DNA of 64,000 bases from Amoebidium appalachense (taxonomy: Eukaryota > Protista > Ichthyosporea): the NCBI GenBank assembly GCA_963693365.1, contig CAVNZM010000002.1, forward strand, positions 8,901,059-8,965,058. Direction: 5' to 3'. Position 1 is the first letter of the stretch, and each line of letters begins with the position of its first letter. A program made the position numbers and the translations under genes. The notes beneath the pieces are model-generated. The model did no database searches. It saw only the letters and a list, made by a program, of their open reading frames with translations, and was not told where the DNA came from. This document shows, one piece after another, positions 56,660 to 64,000 of this stretch.

Positions 56660-57679
56660 GTTATGGTTGTGTCGTCCGATTAGTTTGCAATGAACCCCCT
56701 CCCCCCCCCCCCCCCCCCCCTTTCCCGCGCTCCTCGGAGCCTCCAAAAAAAAAAAAAAGAAAAAGAAAAAGGAAAAACCACCACCACCACCGCCGCCGCC
56801 GCCACCACCATCACACACCCAAAACTAAAAAAAGAGCAATATACAAAGGAGATGCACGCACACACAAAGGAGGGCAAAAAGACGACGACGGTGAAGAAAA
56901 GAAAGGGGAGAATGGGGAGAGTGAGGAAAATAAGAAAAAAGAAAGAGACGAAAAGAAAAAAGACAGACAGAGAACGTTAACACGTCTCATTACTTGCCCT
57001 CCCCCCCCGTCCCCACCGTCTTCCCCCCCCCCCCCCCCCCCCCCCCCCCTTCTCTCCCTTCCCCTCCCCCCCCTCCCGTCTGTTGCTATCGCCCCTCTTG
57101 CTGCGCTCGACACATTCATTGACCATATATGGTAGCATAGATGGTGTTGTACATACATACCCGAGAAGCCAGATGGTCCAATCACGCTGATCCTTATATG
57201 TTACTTCTTTTTAAAAAAATAAAAAATAAAAAAATCGGTTCATAACATTCCCAACTCTTCATAGGTTCCCACAACCTCTAACCTTATTCCACCAGCACAT
57301 GATATGTATCCTATGAACTATCCAAACAAATCTCAATGCTCCAGGTGCACAAATCACACTGCATCTTTACACATTCCAATACCGCATATGGCAGCATAAT
57401 AGATCTGTAGTCCTGCACCTTCAATCAACCACCCATCAGATATTATAATAATTCTGACCTCCCCAAATGCTCCAATCACACTTGATCCTGACACATTCCA
57501 TTTCCATATATGGCAGTGTTACCACGTGGTCATCCGTGCCCTACACCAATAGCAACGGTACGGGCACGTGTCCCAGCACTACCCGCCTTCGTAGCCTTAA
57601 CTGCAGCTCCCTCGGCACCAAATATGGCGGCGAGCACAAACTGATTAAGGCAGAAATCCTCAAGAATGGTAAAGGAGTC

Positions 57680-57726
<47 letters not shown>

Positions 57727-58592
57727 ACAATCCATCCCCCCCTCCACCCCGCGGCCCAACGCATCCCCCCCTCCCAACCCCTCCCCCCATCCACCCACAC
57801 CCACCCACCCACCCACCCACCCGCCCATGCACCACCACCTCTTTTAGTTCCCTTCTTAACTCTCTCTACCCCCCCCCCCCCCCCTCCTCCCCCTCCCACA
57901 CCCCCTCCCACTTGCCCCCTGCTCCTCACATGACCTTCCTTCCCGACTCTTCGCTGTAAACGGTTGAAACTATCCGCCCCCTCCCCCCCCCCCCCCTCCC
58001 CCCACCCCCTGCCCCCCTCCCCCGATTATGGGCTCTGTTCAATTCTCCTTTCTTCGGCCTGCCCAATTCTTTTGGCCTGAAAGTGCTGTTTGTGTTTTTG
58101 TTTCTGTACACGGTGTTTTTTTTTTTGGTCTTTTCTTTGGTGTTTGCAACGCTCAGTAACACATACATCCCCCCCCCCCCCCCACCCCACCCCCCCCTTC
58201 CCCCTCCATCCCTCCAAACCCTTTCTCCCCCCCCCCCCCACCGCCCCCTCCTCATACACACATGCACACACACTCCCCCCCCCCCCCCCCCCCCCCGCTC
58301 TTCCGCCCTTCCGTCTCTCTCTCCCTCCCCCCCCCCCCCCCCCCCCCTTTCCTCGATCCTCGTTCCTCTCACAGGCCCCGTTGTTGGCACCATGAGTGTG
58401 TACAGTAGCCTGGACAGTTACAAGAGTGGGGTGTGGGCCCCTGCACCCGGAGACTCGAACGAGGGAGGGCATGCCGTTGTGATTGTTGGCTGGGGCAAGG
58501 ACGCGGCAACCAACCAGTCTTATTGGATCGTAATTAGAACCCAACCCCTTACCCTCCCCCCCCATGTCTCTTTTCATTAGGGTTTAGTTTCT

Positions 58593-58627
<35 letters not shown>

Positions 58628-58702
58628 AATTTTTTTGAATGTTGTGACGTTTTGTAATTTGTGTTTTGGTGTCTCCTCTATGATTTCAACCCAATACGGC
58701 AT

Positions 58703-58783
<81 letters not shown>

Positions 58784-59049
58784 GGGGTGCCCTTGCACTT
58801 GTAATGGTCTTGAATCCTGACTTGCGAGAGAGAGAGGGGGGGGGGGGGGGGGGTGCGTTTTTGGTGCTTTCAATTGATGTCTTTAGTTCCAATGGCATGC
58901 TTCCCACCCTCTAGTGAATGCATCAAACCCCCTCCCCCCCCCCCCACTTCGTCCCCAACCCCCCCCACACACAGGCATTCAAAACACACACTGACACACA
59001 CACACACACACACACAGGCACACACACACACACGTGACAAACTCGGGGG

Positions 59050-59087
<38 letters not shown>

Positions 59088-59112
59088 CCTTCCTCCACGT
59101 GACAAACTCAGG

Positions 59113-59174
<62 letters not shown>

Positions 59175-59202
59175 CACACACACACACGCACACATATACA
59201 CA

Positions 59203-59265
<63 letters not shown>

Positions 59266-59595
59266 ATAACAATCAACCCCTCCTCCTCTCCCCTTTCCCC
59301 ACTGCCCTCCCTCCCTCCCCCTCCCCTCCCCCCCTCCCCCTCTCCCCCCCCCTCCCCCTGCCCCCCTCCCCCCTCCTCCCTCTCCCCCCCCCCCCCTCCC
59401 CCCCCCCCCCCCCCCCTCCCCCCCCCCCTTCCCCCTTCCAGATTGCCAACAGCTGGGGTAGCTCATGGGGTCTTAGTGGTTACGGTTGGATTGCAGCCAA
59501 CAACCTGCAGGTGGGCCTAGGCACATTTGTGGCTAGTGCTAAGCCCGACCTCTCCTCCGTAGGTGTGTAACCCCCCTTCCCCTCCACCCCCTAAC

Positions 59596-59637
<42 letters not shown>

Positions 59638-59722
59638 AAAAAAAAAAAGGAAGAAAAGAAAAGAAAAGAAACAACCACCACCACCACCACGATCACCCTT
59701 TTCACGTGTCCCCTCCCCCCCA

Positions 59723-59767
<45 letters not shown>

Positions 59768-60316
59768 CTTCACCCACACTGCAGGCCGACACTGTTTTTT
59801 TTTTTTATCGGGCATACAGACCGACACTAAATCGTAAACGGGCCATACCGACCGACAATAATCGGGCCACACAGACCGACACTAGATTATTTTTTTTTTA
59901 AATTGGGCCATACAGACCAACAATAGAATTTATTTTTTAATCGGGCCATACAGACCAACACTAGATTTTATTTCTTTAATCGGGCCATACAGACCGACAC
60001 TAATATTAGATTTTATTTTTTAATCGGGCCATACAGACCAACACTAGATTTTATTTTTTATTCGGGCCATACAGACCAGCACTAGATTTTATTTCTTAAT
60101 CGGGCCATACAGACCAGCACTAGATTTTATTTTTTTAATCGGGTCATGAAGACCGACATTAATTTAAATTAAATTTGAATCGCCCACACAGGAACGAACA
60201 CAGCTGCCTTCAACAGCGGCTTCAGTGCTGCCCCCCGCACATGCTCCCCCTCCGCCTTTACGGCAGCCGTTGTTTTTGTGGTCGTGTTGCTCATGCAGGG
60301 CAATACTGTGTACTAG
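50588..60316 (+). CDS. Papain-family (C1A) cathepsin-B-like cysteine protease, 342 aa, with short propeptide, no occluding loop and a C-terminal GPI-signal-like exon
   Basis: Exons 50588-50728, 51284-51339, 52215-52289, 53107-53143, 55347-55412, 56452-56552, 57517-57668, 58375-58529, 59442-59562, 60192-60316 (TAG), all phase-consistent. Motifs [20 protein letters not shown] (oxyanion Gln, catalytic Cys), [31 protein letters not shown] (His), [13 protein letters not shown] (Asn). Confidence 0.93.
54294..55136. mobile_element. ~840-bp non-autonomous TIR DNA transposon in cathepsin intron 4
   Basis: Perfect 21-bp inverted repeat CGGCAGTTCTAATATGGTAAG (54294-54314 vs 55103-55123). A second imperfect pair is CCCGGTAGCAAGCGGCA (54315-54331) vs the reverse complement of 55119-55136. 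The interior is AT-rich and free of microsatellites. Confidence 0.65.
59805..60165. repeat. Intronic minisatellite, ~39-bp unit x ~9 (ATCGGGCCATACAGACCRACACTAGATTTTATTTTTTA)
   Basis: Directly visible tandem units in the last cathepsin intron. Confidence 0.9.
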
Positions 60317-60794
60317 AAAGTTCTTTTAAAAAATTGTAGTGAATTTTATTTCTATAGGGGCGTCAGATTGGGCTAAAGATGGGTATATAGTACAGTTTTT
60401 AGAGACACTGGACAGTTGGGATGTGGTGGGATTCACTGCAGCTGTGATTGAATCACATATGAAGCTGCCAGACATTGTACAAATATGACTGGTTAGCCAT
60501 ATATGGAGATTAGTGCGGGAAGTTTTGGCGCGCAAAAAAACGTTTTTATAAGACAAACAAAAAAGTAGGAATGTTGTATGGGCTAACTGTGACAACCAGA
60601 CTTTACTTGTTAATACTGAGTTTCTTCCATATGAAATGGTTGTAGAGCATTTCAACTGCTAATATATTGTACACTACTACCAGGCTAATAAATAATCATC
60701 ATTGGTAGGTTCGACTGGGCAAAGCAGGGCCCATACACATGAGACCTATAATAATTATGATGGGTTATGGCATGCCTGGCAAACACACGCACGT

Positions 60795-60831
<37 letters not shown>

Positions 60832-61026
60832 CAGTTGGGGTTTATGCTGTTTACTCGAGGCAAAGAGAGACCAGTCTCAGGTATGGGGGGTTTTTTGCTC
60901 GGAATATCCCCTTACCGGTATATCATGATCACGTACATTGATGTCGGGTGATGATTATATATCATGGTTTACTTTCTCTACAAAACACCATAAAGACTAA
61001 GAAAAATCAATTAGTTGGGGTTCCCC

Positions 61027-61029
<3 letters not shown>

Positions 61030-61066
<37 letters not shown>

Positions 61067-61098
61067 CCCGGGCTCCCCTGGGACACTCGGTATCAGCT

Positions 61099-61177
<79 letters not shown>

Positions 61178-62450
61178 GCGCGCGCTAGAATTTTGTAATG
61201 ATGTGTTTCTCAAGCCAATCAATACATCTAATAAACAGGTCGTAGTTACGCGTGTTTAGTATAAAATCAAGGATGTTGTAATTTTCAGGTAGGCTATCTT
61301 TCTGGGTGTCTGTTGTGAATGTGACGTGTGTGTGTTGCGGTATTATGTGGTCTATCAAACTACATTTGGCGATACATGACCGTTTAAACTGGTGTGCATG
61401 TGTGTTGTTTGGGCATGCAAACGATGCCACCTTATACTTATTGGATCTCCACTGTATACACGTGTACAGTAAAAGCGTGGTATGTGATCAATAATACCAT
61501 CAGCTAGAGAAAGACCAATTCTACAGGAAGGTAATTTGTATTTAGGTGTTACACATTTGCGAGTGCCATATTTGGCAATATGGTTAAGGCGGTCATTGTA
61601 TATAAAACGAGGCATAAGGCTTAGTTTTTCAAGGTGTATGCTTTCATCGGGTCTGGTGTCGTGTGGTATCTTTTTCCATTTGTTATATTGCGTAATTATC
61701 TTGTGATTGTGTACATGTCTAATAAGTAAGTGGCAGTCCAAAGTCACACGCACACTTTTGCGGGGTTTATTTGTATTTGTGCCCGGGGGAAAAGGAGAGA
61801 TAGAGGGAAGGAAAGAGGGGAGAGGTGAGGAGGGGACAGGTCGGATAGAGAAGAGAGGGTGGAAGGGCAAATGCTTCTTTAAGCGGCTTATGTGCTTATT
61901 GAATTTCAGCGCGAGATGGGATACTCTAGCAGCTATTGGGACCAGACCATATATCGAGAGCGTTACAGGCCCAGGTTGGCAACAGTTGTTAGATAGAAAG
62001 GAGGCAGCTTCTGCTTCAAGGAAATTTGCCAAGGGTTTAAGCGCTCTAGTTTTCTCTTTCTTGATCCAAGCGCTTTTTAGAAGGGGTAAACCATATTCAC
62101 ATGCCGGGAAGACAAAAGTGCGAATAAATGTAAGTTTAATAGAAGGATGGAGGGGTGTGTCTTTAAAAATATTAGCCGAGAAGAAAGCTAACCGCTTACG
62201 AGCCAGCTCTACCCTCTTTTCGACCATATGGGAAAACATCACACCAACAGAATTAACCGGAACACCAAGATATTTGTATTCTGGAACTATAGGTACAGGT
62301 TTAGATGATAATTTAAATGTGTGTAAATTGTTAGCTATATCAGGTAAAAGAACACCACATTTGTCTATGTTAAGGATCATAAGGTTTGCCTTGCACAAAT
62401 CAACTAACCTTATTACAATGGTGTTTGGACCGAGACTGAGTCCTTGATAC
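61030..62450 (-). mobile_element. 5'-truncated non-LTR retrotransposon (LINE) fragment: C-terminal reverse-transcriptase/thumb region
   Basis: ORF 62398-61355 contains LMILNIDKCGVL...EYKYLGVP...RVELARKRL...IKLTFIRTFVFPACEYGL, typical of the non-LTR RT end and thumb. No YxDD motif is present. Downstream on the - strand are (CA)n at 61101-61170 and a poly-A at 61030-61066. Confidence 0.8.
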
Positions 62451-62679
62451 GGTGGTCACTGCCGGCCTGGAGAGAGCCTCCAACTCTCAGCCTCCAAAAA
62501 TAAATAAAGAGCAGAGCATGCACGAAAACTCTGTCAGATGACCATAATGATTCTTGAGCAGGGGGGTTTATGTTACGTAAATCAGATATGACGTTGCACA
62601 TGCTGACCATTCTGAGCAGGAGGGTTTATTTTCCATCTTATGGTTTGATTCGGGAGTTTTGGATTGCGGGCTTTTGGAT

Positions 62680-62750
62680 TTTGTGACGTTTTATGTTTGT
62701 TCTTCGGTGTCTCCTCCATGTTTCCAACACCTCTGGTGCATACATCCCCT
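62680..62750 (+). repeat. Copy of dispersed repeat family B (other copies 53695-53760 +, 58640-58705 +, 22715-22790 -)
   Basis: Shared TGACGTTTT...TTYGGTGTCTCCTC..T.TTTCCAAC.C.CT...GCATACATCCCC, always running into poly-C. Confidence 0.65.
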
Positions 62751-63673
62751 CCTCCCCCCCCCCCCCCACACACACACCCCACCCCTCCCCGTCCCCCCCC
62801 CCCCCCCCCCCCCCACCCCTCTCCTCGCCCGTCCGCCCGCCCCAACAGCGTGGCATGTAAACACACATTTTATATGCACAGCCTCTCTCTTCCCCCCTCG
62901 ACCTACCGTCCCCCTTCCCCCCCCCACCCCCCCCACCCCCCCCCACCCCCCCCCCCAACACACACAACACATTCCCCTCCCCCCGTCCGGAGGTACCGGA
63001 TAGTAACCCTTACAACTCTCAAGGTACATATATTAGGGCCTGTGTATTCGTGAAATTTTCGAATTCAGGCTGATTGCTACCATCACGGATGGTTTTCATG
63101 CCTGTTTGGCTCCCGCCCGTTTTCTTATTGTCATAGTATCTAGGAAATCCAACTTATTGGGCCATTAAAAAGTATACATGCGTGGCCGTGCATAGTGTGT
63201 GTGCAAGTGTCTCTTGTGCTGAGCGTGTCTCGCAAGGGGAGCCAATAGCGGCTGGACTTTAAATTTTAAATTTTTATTGCTTACATTCCAAGACATATAT
63301 ATCGTCCGTAAGAAAACCCTAGATAGAGCTGGGGAGAGTCAGGCGGACTAATTGTATCTTCACTCATACTCGCGATCCACACCAGAGTTCTGTACGCACA
63401 TACCTCACTAACTTATCAATTACTAATTAGACTTAAAAGGAAGAGAAACTTTGAAAACACCAAACACCAGAAACTTTGAAAACACCAAACACCTCCAAAC
63501 CAGAAAACAAAAAAAAAAGCAACCTTAATCTCGAAATGCAACATTAAACAGTGATCCAGCGCATCATATAAGTGACCTAACAGGACTCCCCAGCCAACCG
63601 TTAAATGTTATGAATCAAAGCCAATCAAATCATTGTACACTTAACCTTATTATGCAATGTCGTGTAACCTAAT

Positions 63674-63751
63674 TTAGGCAATGTGGGTTTCTGCCATTGC
63701 TGCAGCCATTTCCTCGTCGGGGTCCTTCATGCCGGCGATGATCAGGAACAC
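63674..63751 (-). CDS. Probable terminal exon of a gene extending beyond the window (VFLIIAGMKDPDEEMAAAMAETHIA*)
   Basis: (CA)n-CAG acceptor as in the other genes, 26 codons with C/G-ending codon usage and a TAA stop. Phase is assumed to be 0. Confidence 0.55.
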   Translation of the reverse strand: MFLIIAGMKDPDEEMAAAMAETHIA

Positions 63752-63756
63752 CTGTG

Positions 63757-63892
<136 letters not shown>

Positions 63893-64000
63893 CGTGGGTG
63901 TGTGTGTGTTCGTGTGTGCGTGTGTTGTGCGGTATCATAATGGGGTGCGGAGGTTTATGCTGTTGCAAGCAGTGCTTGTGCCAGCAAGTGAACGTGACAG

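Noticed and set aside
59805-60165. CRISPR-like regularly spaced repeats
   Set aside because: The units are head-to-tail with only short T-rich variation, there are no unique spacers or cas genes, and the array sits in a eukaryotic intron. It is a minisatellite.
61707-62447. 246-aa + strand ORF (and similar ones at 10058-10852, 25613-26299, 32752-33144)
   Set aside because: These are antisense shadows of real coding sequence on the opposite strand.

Overview
Eukaryotic, intron-rich genomic DNA saturated with (CA)n/(TG)n, (CT)n/(GA)n and poly-C/poly-G tracts, so most ORFs in the supplied track are microsatellite artefacts. A unicellular holozoan or ichthyosporean-like origin is my inference only. 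Splicing by hand at GT..AG sites with phase checks gives six genes plus one terminal exon. (1) A 5'-truncated, ~1500-aa type-I membrane protein (+, 279-15228) with an unnamed Cys-containing domain, an EGF-like module, two SEA-like GSVV domains, mucin stalks, a TM helix and a long Tyr-rich tail. (2) An intronless MFS transporter with 3 single-base indels (-, 18861-20571). (3) A secreted GGA[ILV]/FxxN beta-helix protein (-, 23445-26341). (4) A second membrane protein with two copies of the same unnamed domain as gene 1 and shared intron positions (-, 30508-38414). (5) A membrane-anchored 4x Kazal inhibitor (+, 40611-47051). (6) A cathepsin-B-like C1A protease with an optional GPI-signal exon (+, 50588-60316). 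There is also a truncated LINE, TIR elements, a dispersed poly-C-punctuated repeat and decayed duplicates of exon ends. The most interesting signals are the shared uncharacterised receptor domain, the adjacent surface protease and surface inhibitor, the strand-polarised (CA)n-before-AG intron architecture, and CpG decay in the duplicated exon ends. Homopolymer errors in the assembly are likely.
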